NCBI GenBank assembly: GCA_965287045.1 | Contig: OZ336881.1 | Span: forward strand, 66,650,001 to 66,714,000 | Source: Carcharhinus amblyrhynchos | Lineage: Eukaryota | Direction: 5' to 3' | Length of the DNA stretch: 64,000 nucleotides | Shown here: in pieces, positions 22,800-36,356 of the stretch | Layout: each line of letters starts with the position of its first letter | Position numbering within the stretch: position 1 is the stretch's first letter | Translations under genes and position numbers: made by a program | Notes under the pieces: model-generated | What the model saw: only the letters and a program-made list of their open reading frames with translations | Databases searched by the model: none | Told to the model about the DNA's origin: nothing

Positions 22800-24350
22800 G
22801 GGCCCAATTTTATCATTTTCATTCGAAGTGCTGAATCTGGGCGCAATTCAGATCCAACTCGGAAATCTGCTTTCAGGTGCCCCCATACGCACTTAGCCTG
22901 AAGAAAAGTTGTGGTTCTGGATTGCTCTGTGGGTGGGGCATATTGCACCTGAAATGATCAGAGCTCTGAACTGCGCATGTGCAGTGAGGGAAAAAAATCG
23001 AAAATAGCGTCCCTGTCACATTGCTCCTGGGCTGCAAAAAGCGAATAAAGCGACCCAGAGCAATGATCTCCACAGACAACACCCTCATCCCTACAACATA
23101 ACTTTCCCCCTTATCCACCCCCCCCCCCCCGCTACCCAGACCGATTGCGACCCTCTGCCCCCTTTCCCCCCCACCAATTGCCCACAAAGTGGCAGCAGAC
23201 TCCCTCCCCCCACCAAAGATCCATCTAGCCTCCCTCCCAGTATATTTCACATTCTCATAGCCCAGTACTTCGACAGTTTCAGTAATTAAGTACATGTGCA
23301 CTATTATAGCTGTGGAATCCCTTCTCTCTGCTGCCTGTACTTGCAAAATCCATAAAGATACATATCCAGGCCTTTACTGAAGTTGTGCAATGAAACATAT
23401 AATTGCGTATACAAATAACCGTTGCTTGATTCAACAACCTTTGCAATTGTGTTCAGCAACAGCCAACTTGCAGTAAATTCTACGAGCTGCATTTCCAAGT
23501 TTAGAAGGTAATTTGGGAAATGGTAAAAAAAAATTCTACTTGCTGGTGTAGGGGGTAAAAAACAACATTCATGGCAAGTGAAATATAATCTAAGAAGCAT
23601 TTATAACAGGAATGATCAGAATTAGAAATGGGATGGGATAGAATTAACTACCCCCCCCCCCCAGAATGTTTGGGCCTCCCCCTCCCATCCCCCAGAGAAT
23701 GATCGGGCGTCCCCACCCGCCACCAGTCAACAATCTGGCCTCCCTCCTCCACCAGAGATATATCTGACCCACCTCCTCCTCCCTCCGTCCACCACAGAAT
23801 GATCAGGCTTCCCCACCCCCCACCAGAGAATGATCGGGCCTTTCTGCCCCCGCCCCCAGTCCGAGAATGATTGGGCCTCTCCATCCCCACCAGAGGATAA
23901 TCAGGCCTCCCCCCGCCCACCCCCACCACCACCAGAGATACATCTGATCTGCCTCCTCCTCCTTCCCTTACTAGAGAATGATCTGACCCACCTCCCTCGC
24001 ACCCCACTAACGATCTGAGAGAGCTGTTGGAAGCCCTGAACTTACCGCTTCAGAAGCTGGAGCTCCTGAAACAGACCTTTGCCAAGTAGGTCTGTTTTGC
24101 GCTGAATCTGGATGGGCGAACACGATGGTAATGGGGGAAATGCTGCTACGTTGGGAGACAGCCCATTAATTCAGTTTAAATGCATGCAAATGCATTTAAA
24201 TCGGTGTTGCACCCATTTTGGACACAAATCGGATTGTGGCTATTTTTGGGCCTTGGTAAAGTGGTCATTTGCACGGATGCGGGCGCAGATCGCATTAATG
24301 GCCTCATGCCCGACTTTACCAAGTTTTCATGCCCGTTTAAAATCAGGCCT
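22800..24350. mobile_element. Non-autonomous TIR DNA transposon (PIF/Harbinger-like) with internal C-rich minisatellite
   Basis: Ends GGGCCCAATTTTA ... TAAAATCAGGCCT, flanked by TAT on both sides (22797-22799, 24351-24353). CCACCAGAGAATGATC repeats at 23650-24015. Superfamily inferred from the G-rich TIR and 3-bp TSD. Confidence 0.65.
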
Positions 24351-27119
24351 TATGTCACGAAATATAAAGAATCCAAAAACTTGTCCTGTCACCTTCAAAG
24401 ACTTGTGTACATACACCTACGGGTCTTTCTGTTCATGCACGCCATTTAAAATTATACCATTTTGTTCATATTGCTTTTCTTCATCTTTGCTACTACAGTG
24501 CATCACTTCACACTTTTCTGCATTAAATTTCACCTGCCATTTGTATGCCCTTTACACCGTTTTCTATATCCTACTGTTACTGTGCTCCTTATTGAATCCA
24601 TTACCAATAGAGATAGGCTAAACAGTGCCGTGAAATATGCTCTAGATTCACCTGAGAGGGCAAGACGACACCTTGATCTAACAAGTCATCTGAAAGGCAG
24701 CACCTCTAATAGTACAGCACACCCTCAGAACAGCATATCCTCAGTACAACACACTGGACTGTCAACCATGCTCAAGCCTCTGGATTGGGATTTGGTCCTA
24801 CACTCTTCTGACCAGAAGCAAGGAATGTGACCATTAAGCCATGGTTGACACTTGAAAAGCATGATCTCGCTGGCCATTCACGCCACGCTCCCACTGCAGC
24901 GAGGTTAAAGAATTTGGTACCCAGTCAAATCTCCGTTCACTGCAGCGGGATGGGAAAATCCTGCCGGTGTGAACGGTGGTAACATTCTAGACAATGTTAT
25001 TTTTTCATTCATTCATGGGGTGTGGGTGACGCTGGCTACATCAGAGTTTATTGCCCATTCCTGAGGGCATTTAAGAGTCAAACCACATTGTTGTAGGTCT
25101 GGTGTTGCATGTAGACTAGACCAAGTCAGGACAGTAGATTTCCTTCCTTTCCTGTGTGTAAACATAGATACACATGTTGAACTAAGCATGTGTCAAATTC
25201 AGGAAATACTGGAAGCAAAAATGAAAAGATTGCCATCTCTTGGAATGATGCAGAGAAGAAGCCGGGACCTCATTAATGAGGGGCAGACTGTGCACAGGAA
25301 AGTTGATGGAAAATGTTCTCCTGCACAGTGGATAAACTTCAAGCGCAGATTTGCATGTTTTTGCTATACTATAACAATGAATAATATGTTTGCTTTGCTT
25401 TCTCATGTGCAATCTATAGTTTTGTAATTTTTGTGGAAATTATTGTTTGATAGATTGAAAGTCAGTCCGAAATATCAATTTAGTTCCCAACAGCATCAAA
25501 TCCACCAAATCATGGAGTAACCAAGAACTGCTTAAAATTAAAGAGTCAGACTTTGTGACTTTTCCATATTTGAAAAGCAGCCTGACATTAGATTGTTAAT
25601 TTCCCACTTACACCAACCACTGCCTAAAGAGACCAAAACTATTTTTGAGTACCACGCCCACTATAAGCAACAGAGGATTAAAGATGTGGGATATTTGGAT
25701 TTCCAAATGTAATTTAATAAGGTGCCACATCAAAGGTTGCTACACAAATTAAGAGCACATGGTGTAGGGAGTAATCTGTTTACATGGATAGAGGATTTCT
25801 TAGCTAACAGGAAGTGCAGAGTATGCATAAATAATTCATTTTCGGCTTGGCAAGCTATAACCAGTGCAATGCCAAAGTGATTAATGCTGGAGCTGCAATT
25901 ATTTGCAATCTATATTAATGAGTTGGATGAAGGGATGGAGTGTATGGTTGTTAAACTTTCCGATGACACAAAGGTAGGTAGGACAGTAAGTTGTGAAGAG
26001 GACATAAGAAGACTGCAAAGGGATATGGATAGCTTCGGTGAGTGGGCAAAATAATTGGCAGATGGAGTATAACGCGGGAAAATATGAATCTGTTCACTTT
26101 GTCAGGGAAATAGAAAAATAGCATATTATTTAAATTGAGAGGGATTGAAGACTTCTGTAGTACAGAGGGAGCTGAATGTCCTGGTACATTAATTCATAAA
26201 AAACTTAGTATGCAGTTACAGCAAGTGATGAGGAAGGCAAATTACAAGTTATCATTTATTACAAGGGAAACTGTCATAGATCAGCCTAGTAAAGTTAAAA
26301 TTTATTTATTAGTCACAAGTAAGGCTTACATTAACACTGCAGTGAAGATACTGTGAAATTCCCCTAGTCACCACACTCTGGCGTCTGCTCAGATCAATGC
26401 ACCTGACCAGGGCGTCTTTCATACTGTGGGAGGAAACCGGAGCAGACATGGGGAAAACATGCACACTCTACAGAGACAGTGACCCAAGTCAGGAATCGAA
26501 CCTGGGTCCCTAGCACTGTGAGGCAGCAGCGCTAACCACTGTGCCACCCCTGAGTACTAGTGACTCAACAGTAGCAAGAATTTAACAATGATAGAATGTG
26601 ATCTGCCCAGCAACAGGTAGAAATGTGCCGAGCAACAGCAGTAGCCCACGTTCAAAAGATGTGGTTTTCCCAGTAATGAGATCAACAGGTATTTCATGAG
26701 ACAGAACCAAGTGTATATCACTCTTTTAGCAGGAACAGCTTGGCTAGGTGACTGAGAGATCAGTGGAGGTGTACACATGCTAATTTCTAGAGTCAAGCAA
26801 TTTGAGAGATGCAGACAGCCAAATACTCAGACTGAAGAATCAAAGAGGAAAGATTGTATAATTGCCATCACCCTGAGAAGCAGGCAGGACAGTTTACATC
26901 TAACAGCTAGTAGACTAGGCCTGCATCTAAGTCTTAGAGCCAAGGCAGTTTAAATATCTTCGCTGCAGCAGGAAAAGATATTTCCATACTTGATTCTCAG
27001 CCTTGTATTGTGTGGTAACTATAAGCTGGATTTAACTTAACTTGGATGCAGATTGAGAAGGGGGAAGTCTTAAAGAATTCAGGGATCTTGGATATATTTT
27101 GGAACAAGGGGTAATTTCT

Positions 27120-27770
27120 CCATTTGATTTGGTTTATTATTGTCACATGAATTAGTATACAGTGATAAGTATTGTTTCTTGCACGCTATACAGACAAAGC
27201 AGAGTGTTCATAGAGAAGGAAAGGAGAGAGTGAAGAATCTAGTGTTACAGTCATAACTCGGGTGTAGAGAAAGATTAACTTAATATGAGGTAGATCCATT
27301 CAAAAATCTGATGGCAGCAGGGAAGAAGCTGTTCTTGAATCAATTGGCACATGACCTCAGACTTTAGTATCTTGTTCCCAACAGAAGAAGGTGGAAGAGA
27401 GTATGTTTGGGATGTGTGGGGTCCTTGATTATGCTGGCTGCTTTTCTGAGGCAATGGGAAGTGTAGTCCGAGTCAATGGATGGGCAGCTGGTTTGAGTAA
27501 TGGAGTGGGCTTTGCTCAGGATCCTTTGTAGTTCTTGCGGCCTTGGTCAGAACAAGAGCCATACTAAGCTGTCATACAACCAGAAAGAGTGCTTTCTATG
27601 GCGCATTTGCAAAGGTTGGTGAGAATTGAAGCGGACAGTCCAAACTTCCTTAGCCTCCTGAGAAAGTAGAGGCATTGGTGGACTTTCATATCTAGCATTG
27701 GTGTGGAGGACAGGACAGGTTGTTGGTGATCTGGACACTTAGAAGCTTGAAGCTCTTGACCATTCATTTT
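27120..27770 (-). mobile_element. Rex1/Babar-type LINE 3' fragment
   Basis: LYFLRRLRKFGLSASILTNLCKCAIESTLSGCMTA (ORF 27564..27827) and an (AAATC)n tail. Same family at 34977-35541(+) and 63806-64000(-). Confidence 0.75.
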
Positions 27771-29280
27771 GGGCGGGAGTTTCCAGCCGCACTCGCCCCA
27801 AAACCAGAAAATCCCACCCAGAGTCAACGGACCTTTCCATGATCAACCCCTTGCCCAGTATGATTCCCGTGATGGGCAGAATGGGAAAATTCACCCCCTA
27901 ATCTCTCAAGACCTCCACCCTACCCCAGACCTTCCCTTTTTTCCTTCCTCCCCCTCCCCACTTTCAACAACATAAAATCCTTCACATTCCCTGTGCACTT
28001 TATCTCTGTTAACTGTTTCTCTGATCATAAATGCTGCCAACATGTTGAATATTTCTAGCAATTTTGTTTGTTTCTCCACATCTCTGCCTGATTCGTCCAC
28101 TCACTTAACCTTTCTATACCTTTATAACTTCTACTCCCATTGATATAACTTAAACTCTGTACTCCAATGCTATCTGCAGAGACCTAGGATATACAACTCA
28201 CTATTCCTTAATCAAATGCTTCTTTAACAGTACCTTTCAAACCCGGAACCCCTATCACCTAGGACAAGAGCAGAAGACCATCACCTGCAAGATCCCCTCA
28301 AAACCACACACCATCCTGACTTGGAACTATATCGTCACTGTCACTGGCTTAAGATCCTGGAATTCCCTCCCAAACTGCACTGAGTGTACCTACAGCATTT
28401 GGACTGTAGTGTTTCAAGAAGGCGGTGGTAAGTCACTACTGTATTTTTAAGGACAATTAAGGATGGGCAATAGAAATGCTGGACTTGGCAGTGGTGCCCA
28501 CATCCCATGAAAAAGAATCTTTGGTAGTACAATGACAAGTTGAGGTCCCAGTACAGATACATGTGGAAAAGGATTTGTCATTCCCAGTCATTCAGAATGC
28601 ATTCCTTATATCCCTATTCTGTCACAAAGTTTACCAGTTCATATTACAAACTTAACTCCTATTCTGCATCATTCGTTATCACTACTCTTTCTCTTTCAGG
28701 ACAAGATAGTACATAACATTATTAGTTGGGGTGGGGAAGCTTGAGTCCAAGAGATCACTCCCCTTGAGTGGAAATGCCAGCATGATGTGGAGTTGGAACG
28801 GCAGGCAACAGGTCCACAGACAGAGCGAATTGCCTTGAGTTATATGGCCTGTCTGTGCATATCTACAAATGTTCCTAATCCCTAATCACTGAATATATTC
28901 TCACTCACAATCTCTGTACGGTCACCTCACATTTATTCTCCTATAGTGGCCACACGTACCAAGACAAGAAAGAGAGTGAGGCAGGGACCCTGCACCTCTG
29001 GGCAGCTGGATGGAAAGAATGGCATTTAATTCAGCAAGCCTTCCCTAAAAGATACAACACAGGCCTGAACAGTGAAAAACTGAGAGGATTGCAAACTCAA
29101 ATTCCGCTCCTACAGGTTTTGCTGTGTACCAAGGAGGTAACTTCATAAAATGTACAGTCATGCATAATCTAAACCGCAATTACATCGCCCTGACTTCCAG
29201 AGCTCATAGAGAAATTAGGTGTTTGTATTGGAGAGTACAGTGCAGTGATTTATCTAAACGTTGTAAGCGATTATACTTAC

Positions 29281-29358
29281 AATGTCAGAGATTCATTGTT
29301 CATTCCTTGAAATGCGTTTTCTGGTATGGTTTGAAGATGTAAATTGTCGCATATCTCA
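29281..29358 (-). CDS. LHCGR: LH/CG receptor exon 6 (LRR), 78 bp
   Basis: TTTTCAG acceptor, GTAAGT donor. [25 protein letters not shown](L), nearly identical to human [26 protein letters not shown]. Confidence 0.95.
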
Positions 29359-29590
29359 CTGAAAATAAATAGGCAAATTTTATGAAAAATAATATTAAAT
29401 CTCATTGAAGTAAATAACTATTGTATTAACTGTGGATCAAAACAATCTTTTTACCACTGGTATGATAATTCACATCAGTTAGGAGTTGACATGTATAAAT
29501 CATCACTTAGAACACAGCTCCTGTAGAGCTCCCTGATCCAGATTTTAAATTTTCTACTCCATTTTTTTCTCTCCCTTTCTTAAAGATAAA

Positions 29591-30321
29591 GGGGGGGGGT
29601 GCGATCTTACCCTCTCGCCTTGCCAGACAATGAGCGGGGCGAGCTGGCAATATCGTGAGAGAGCTGGGAAATAGGGTTCGCACCGGACTCTGCAACAGCA
29701 ATCAGTGGGGAGGGGAGAACCACTGCCACTTTGCAATCATGATCAGTGGGAAGGGGGGACTGCTGCCACTCTACATTCGTGATCAGTGGGGAGGGGGGAA
29801 CCACTGCCACTTTGCAATCATGATTAGTGGGGAGAGGGGAACCACTGCCCCTCTGCAATCTGATCAGTAGGGAGGGGGGAACCACTGCCACTCTACAATC
29901 ATGATTAGTGGGAGGGGAACTGCTGCCACTCTGCAAGAGTGATTGTTCAGGGGGTGGGGAGAGGGAAGGGGGTGGTTTCGTCAGCAGCCGTTCCGGGTAG
30001 GGGACAATAGGTCTGGGCAGGGATGGGGATGCCGATCAGTCCAGGTGGTGGTGGGGTGATTGGCTACGAAGGCAGCTGTAGCTGGAAGAGGCAGCGACAG
30101 ATCTCTATGTTCACAGGCTCAGTGGCGATCTCTGCTGCTATCAGCCGGCTCTCGGTGATTTAGGCTCTACCCACTCTCCCTGCTGGTGGGAAACCAAGTT
30201 TGGCTTGATTCTTTGACAAGGTCAGGTAAAATTCAATTTTTAAATTGCCGAAAAATCAGTGCAAGTTACTCCTGTTTTCACGCTCGTTCAGCACTTGGAA
30301 TTTTTTTGGTAAGATCGCCTC
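29591..30321. mobile_element. Non-autonomous TIR element with ~40-bp internal minisatellite (~6 copies, 29700-29945)
   Basis: GCGATCTTACC (29601-29611) and GGTAAGATCGC (30308-30318) are perfect inverted repeats. Unit GATCAGTGGGAGGGGGGAACCACTGCCACTTTGCAATCAT. Confidence 0.7.
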
Positions 30322-33300
30322 TGTTGAGTCTGGTCAGCGTGTAATTTCATCAGTGCCTTCAGTCCTCAAACATAGAGGGAACATTAGGAGTGTATGTGCT
30401 GGTCTGCAGGTGGACTATGCAAGTTTTGTCAAAATGGAGAAACTTAACAGGCTTTACGTTCTTGGAGATATTTCTTAGTTTGGCTGCCTTGCTTGGGAGA
30501 TGTTATGAGTTTCTGAGATTTCGTGATACAGTTGTACATAATCGGTGGCTTGAAAGAGTTCAATATAACAAATGGTCTGTTTCATTCATCTTTATATTTT
30601 CAAATTCAATATCCTTTCAAGTACATGAGTATAAAACTTAGTGACGAAAACTCAACCCTTCTGGGGTTGAGTTTTCCTGGGTTTCTCTCCCCCAAGAAAG
30701 ATGAATAATCAGAGGAAATGCCTTCTGTTAAATTTCCCCTGGTTTCCCTTTGAAACTTTATAAATTTCTTTTCCTCATTCCCTTTACATTGCAAACTTGT
30801 ACGGGAAAATTAATTCTCAGATTATCTTGTAAAGACTTCTTTTACTGTTTGCCTACACGCATCTCTACCATAAAACTTAAGTGTTGTTTCATATTTAATT
30901 TAAACTCTTCTTTTAAAAACCTGCTATCGCCACATTACTTCCTTTATTGCTTACGTAGGTTTTCTTTACTACATGCTTTACCTGATAGAATATTGTTCCA
31001 ATGAACAAAGAAAAGCACAGGGACAGGCCCTTTGGCCCTCCAAGCCTGTACCAATCATGATGCCCTAACTTAACAAAAAAAGCCTTATGCCTTTACTTGA
31101 TCGGTATCCCTCTATTCCCTCCCTATTCATCCTGTTGCCTCTTAAATGTTGCTAATGCGCCAACAATGTTATCAAATATGTCCCATTTACTCATTCTAAA
31201 TACCCAATCTAATATTGTTTGCTGACGCATTTCCCCAAAACTCTACTTTCCTTAAGCCTTGTGGGTTGGCTTTACTCCTTCCTTTTGCTGTTGTAAATTT
31301 TATATTGGAGTTTGTATGTTGCTGTTGCTGATAGTTAGCTGGTATCAGAATTTGACTCTATGCACCATTCCCTGATTATTACATAATAACAATGCTCGTA
31401 TTGTTCCCTCCCCTTGTAGGTCCCACAAAGTGTCATAACAACTCAAAATTGCCTTGGAATGGTGATGTTCCTTTTTCTCAAACCTTTATTGAGTTGTCTT
31501 GAAGGTTTGTTCACATTTTATGCAGGCAATTTCACAAGTAATGCCCAGAAAATTTAAAGCCACCCCAATCATAATTAAATTACCTGTCCCTGATAACCAG
31601 TGGCCATCAGTACAAGATGGAAGAGATCCAATAAGTGTTAGGAAGTTGGAAAGAAATGAACAGAAATTAAACCAATGAGGATTTAGCTGCACCAAGGTTT
31701 TATGAGATACAGATTAGCCTAGCAGCAGGGTGAAACAGATACTCTGTTAAGCAAAATGGAGACCAGCAGGCTGGGGACCTAGAACATAGCCACATCTAGT
31801 TGCAAAGCAGAGCTCTCTCAGAGAATCAAGTTACTGTGCAGAAAGGAAAGCTGCAAAACTTTGTGTGTCTATCCCTTAAGTTCCACCCTAACCTAGAAAA
31901 AAAGGTTCCTTAAAGAAAGCTACAGGTCCTGTGTGGTAATTATTTGCTGAATTTGGTTCATTGTGTTAAAACCTATGGGATGTTGTTTTGGGGTCGATTT
32001 ATTCTTGGAGTTTAGGAAAATAGATACATTTAGATGAGGGGCAATTTAAGCATACACTCTGGGTAACCATTATTGTAGTTAATGATAAATGTTCTTTATT
32101 GTTGCCTTTTTTGTTGTGCATTTTAACGTTTGATGAATGTTTTGTTATTTGAAGCATTCACAACAAGACTGCCTCCTTCCCTTACCAGGTTTAATCTCTT
32201 TTCTCACACTTTTTTTCCAAATCGCTGGAAGAGTTAAGAGCTGGTGTTTGTGATTGCAACACCCTCACGTTGAGCATCAGTGAGGTTCTTAACATGAGGA
32301 GTTCAGCAAAAACTTCTTTATCCAAAGAGTGGTGAGAATGTGAAATTTGCTACCACAAGGACTGGTTGAAGTGAACAGTGGAGATATATTTGAGAGGAAG
32401 TTGGACAAAGCATATGAAGGAGCAGGGGACAGATGGTTACGATAGTGAATTTAGATAAGAAAAAATGGGAGGAAACTCAAGTGGAGCATCAATACCAGCA
32501 AGAACAGGTGGGCTGAATGGCCTGTTGGTGTGCTGTATATCCTAAGTAATCCAGTGATTTGAGTATAAAGTATCTAATCTGTGTTCTTTGGCTAACTTAG
32601 TGGCCCATAAGACCGTAGCTTCATTTTTTTTTGGCTAATTAATTGGACTGCAAAGTTTCCAGATCTTCAACACCTGAACTAGAATTATATATCTCAGTTT
32701 CATTAGTTGATATTTAACATTCAATTCCTTCTACAGGCCTTTTGTCCTTGTGGAATAATTCATAACTGACCGACCAATCTAAATAGTTCAACAAGTCCCT
32801 TTGATTCCTCTAATATACAAAGAACAAAGAAAATTACAGAACAGGAATAGGCCCTTCAGCCTTTCAAGCCTGTGCCGATCATGATGCCTAACTAAACTAA
32901 AACCATATGCAGTTACAGAGTCCGTATCCTCCCATTCCTATCCTTCTCATGTATTTGTCTAGTTGCCCTTAAATGCCGCTATCGTACCTGCTCCCACCAC
33001 CTCACTGGGCAGTACATTCCAGACATTCACCACTCTCTGTGTAAAAAACTTGCCTTGCACATCTCCTTTAAACTTTTCCCCACGCACTTTAAACCTATGT
33101 CTCCTAATACTTGACTTTTCTACCCAAGGAAAGAGCATCTGACTATCCATTCTATCCATGTCACTTATAATCTTGTAAACCTCTATCTGGTCACCCCTCA
33201 ACCTCCATCATTCCAGTCAGAACATATATTAAATATTTATATATATGATATATTAAAATAACATAAGTAATTATATTATTTTGCCCTTCAGTAAATCCTC

Positions 33301-33881
33301 TAGATAATCTACATTATTTCTTTCATTCGTGCATAAGATTTTGAGGCAATAACCTTCTATATCATATATTCTACCCATTTATTACTATTTCAATGCTTAT
33401 TTTCTATAGTTTGATTTCTCCTCTCTCAGTTTCTCACACAGTATCTTTTCATGAAAGCATTGCTGAGATGTCTCCTCAGCAGTTACTTTCACGTTTGTTT
33501 CTTTGCTGTTTCTTTAGAAAAACTACCAGAAGCAGATGCAACTCTCAGGGCTGGTCAAAAGCCAGCAAGTCACAGCCGTCTGCGTCAATGATTCCACCCG
33601 TTGCAAATACCAAAACAGATAGATTCAGGTCAGGGAGAGAGGATGTAGGGCAAGAGGTTGCGGAGACTACACTGGAAGAATCAGTGAAGGAATCATTTAG
33701 GGGAGGCAATGGGCTAGTGGTATTATAGTGAACACATGAAAAGAAATTTCATTAAAAGGCAAATGCAGGTGTTTGAAGGAATACATCTTATATCAGTTCC
33801 TGGCACAAGATTTCTCCTCGGTGCAGTTGGCCCTTTAGGTACTTGTTCTTCATAATTTGTTTCGCTTTTGATGACCTTGAG

Positions 33882-34144
33882 TGATGTGGAGATGCTGGTG
33901 TTGGACTGGGGTAAACACAGTAAGAAGTCTCACAACACCAGGTTAAAGTCCAACAGGTTTATTTGGTAGCAAAAGCCACTAGCTTTCAGAGGGCTGCCCC
34001 TTCATCAGGTGAGTGGGAATTCTATTCACAAACAGGGCATTTAAAGATACAAACTCAATTTACAAAATAATGATTGGAATGTGAGTCTTTACGGGCAATC
34101 AAGTCTTAAGGGTACAGATAATGTGATGGAGAGAGCGTTAAGCA
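33882..34144 (-). mobile_element. Penelope-like element (family 1) 3' terminal repeat fragment
   Basis: Highly similar to 42857-43090 and to the reverse complement of 44270-44528. Confidence 0.8.
33977..34011 (-). ncRNA. Minimal type I hammerhead ribozyme motif (PLE family 1)
   Basis: cac-CUGAUGA-aggggcagcccucu-GAAA-GC-UA-gug: both core boxes intact, stem II forms, palindromic AGCU in place of stem III, short stem I cac/gug. Confidence 0.7.
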
Positions 34145-36170
34145 CGCTCTTGACTTTGAGTGCTAGTGCCCTCCTCCTTCCCCTGTCACAGCTCTTTGGT
34201 GAACAGGCTTGGCAAAATGGACAATTGTTTTTGAGATTCATGTCAAAACATCAGTTGCTTTGAGATCCCCATAGTACGTTCAACGTTGATCCTAGCAGAT
34301 GCATGGAGTTTGAAATACACAGTTGGGGTTGTGGTTAGGGCTGGTTTTTTTAGTTTGAGTTTGCTTTCACTTTGAAATAAGGATGTCACAAGGCATTCCA
34401 TTGGAATGACTGCATTTTGACAGCTGCCTGAAACATAGGAAATGGCCTGCAAGATTTTTATTTTACTCATTCCTGGGACATGGCTGACCAGCAGGGGGAG
34501 GGGTGGGGGGGGGCAGTGTTGGATTTTCTGCCCCTGTTTATGCTCATGATGATGCATAACTTCAGATCAAAGTGTGTCATGACTTCTGACTTAAGTAATG
34601 CCTCTTTAACTTGTATGAAGCCTCTGCATACTGAGCCACCCATCTCCATTTCCTGTTTTGACACAATAAGTTGTGTGAAGGCTTGAGAAACGTTGCTAGA
34701 TTAGGGACAGACCTCCCATAATAGTTTAATAAGACCAAAAATGATCAAAGTTGATTTACGTTTTGATGTGTAGGTGCCTCAGTTATGACTTTTACTTTTG
34801 AAGACAATTTGTGCAGTCCCTTTGCATCTCTGATGTGCCCCAGGTATTCAATCGAAGGTTTGAAGAATTCACATTTATCTTTCCGTGCTTGTAGTCTGTA
34901 GTCTTCTTGTTTCCGGAGTGCAGCATCCAAATTTTAAAGATGCTTTCCTTCATTCAGTCCGGTAACTAAGTTATCACAATGCCTCAACTTTCTCAGAAGA
35001 CTAAAGAAATTTGGCAAGTCAGCTATGACTCTCACCAACTTTTACAGATGCACCATAGACAGCATCCTTTCTGGTTGTATCACAGCTTGGTACGGCTCCT
35101 GATCTGCCCAAAACCGCAAGAAATTACAAAGAGTGATGAAGGAAGCCCAGTCCATCACTCAAACCAGCCTCCCACCCACTGACACCGTCTACATTTCCAC
35201 TGCCTCAGACAAGCTGCCAGCCTAATTAAAGACCCCGCCCACCTCAGACATACTGTCTTCTGTCTTCTTCTGTCAGGAAAAAGATCCAAAAGTCTGAGAA
35301 CATGTACCAACTGACTCAAGAACAGCTTCTTTCCTGCTGCCGTCAGATTTTTGAACGGACCTGCCTTGCATTAAGTTCATCTTTCTCTACACCCTAGCTA
35401 TGACTGTAACACTACTTTCTACACTCTCTCCTTTCCTTCTGTATGAACGGTATGCTTTGTCTGTACAGTGCACAAGAAACAATAGTTTTCACTGTATGTT
35501 AGTACATCTGTCAATAATAAATCAAATCAAATTAAATCAAAGTAGCACTGGACTCCTAGCCCGTTTAGAATTTGACCCATGGCATGCTGGAATAACGCAG
35601 GTACAGATGTGATACCAAATGGAAGTCTTTTATAACTGAATAGCCCTTTGTGTGTCACGATTGTCAAATATTGCTGTGAACCTGGATCCATATTTACCTG
35701 GAGATAAACTTGACTGAGGTCAACTTTACTGAAATGCTGGCCGCCCGCCAACCCAGCAAATAAATCATCAGTTGCTGGCAGAGGATACTGCCCTGCACAC
35801 AGTGCTGGATTGAGAGTGATTTTAAAATCACCACATATGCGTACAGAACCATTTTGCTTCATCACGGCGTGGCCCAATATCTGCCACAATTTTATTCGCA
35901 TGGACAATATAATTGAGCTCCAGCGCTCGGTGCTTTCGTCCTACCTCCCATAGTGCCAAACATTCCCACCATTTTTACCTCACCCTTATGAAAGGGCTTG
36001 AGCAGGATGTGCCACAAAATTTTTAGCACCACCTCGCTTCTTTTTTGCAAATAAGGTACCCCTGAACTCAACCCGTTTCCATCTCAGTTTTCCTTCACCA
36101 GCTGCTCTAAACCATTGTTGCAGGGTACTTGCTACTCACGATGCTCCCTGCACTGTTCCAGAACTTTCTG

Positions 36171-36356
36171 TGATGTGAAGATGCCGGCGTTGGACTGGGG
36201 TAAACAGAGTAAGAAGTCTCACAACACCAGGTTAAAGTCCAACAAGTTTATTTGGTAGCAAAATCCACTAGCTTTCGGAGTGCTGCTCCTTCATCAGGTA
36301 ACATTTGCTACCGAATGAACCTGTTGGACTTTAACCTGGTGTTGTGATTCTTCTTA
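36171..36356. mobile_element. Miniature palindromic Penelope-like insertion with 12-bp TSD
   Basis: Minus arm 36171-36299, plus arm 36305-36356. CAGAACTTTCTG at both 36159-36170 and 36357-36368. Confidence 0.8.
36266..36300 (-). ncRNA. Minimal type I hammerhead ribozyme motif (PLE family 1)
   Basis: uac-CUGAUGA-a-ggag-cagca-cucc-GAAA-GC-UA-gug. Confidence 0.7.

Noticed and set aside
20364-29280. Equivalent of the primate cryptic exon 6A
   Set aside because: No recognisable similarity or convincing splice-site pair was found in intron 6.
31431-32293. Possible solo LTR (TG...CA ends); similar candidates at ~19684-20260 and ~57352-58255
   Set aside because: No TSD, partner LTR, PBS or PPT could be confirmed by eye.
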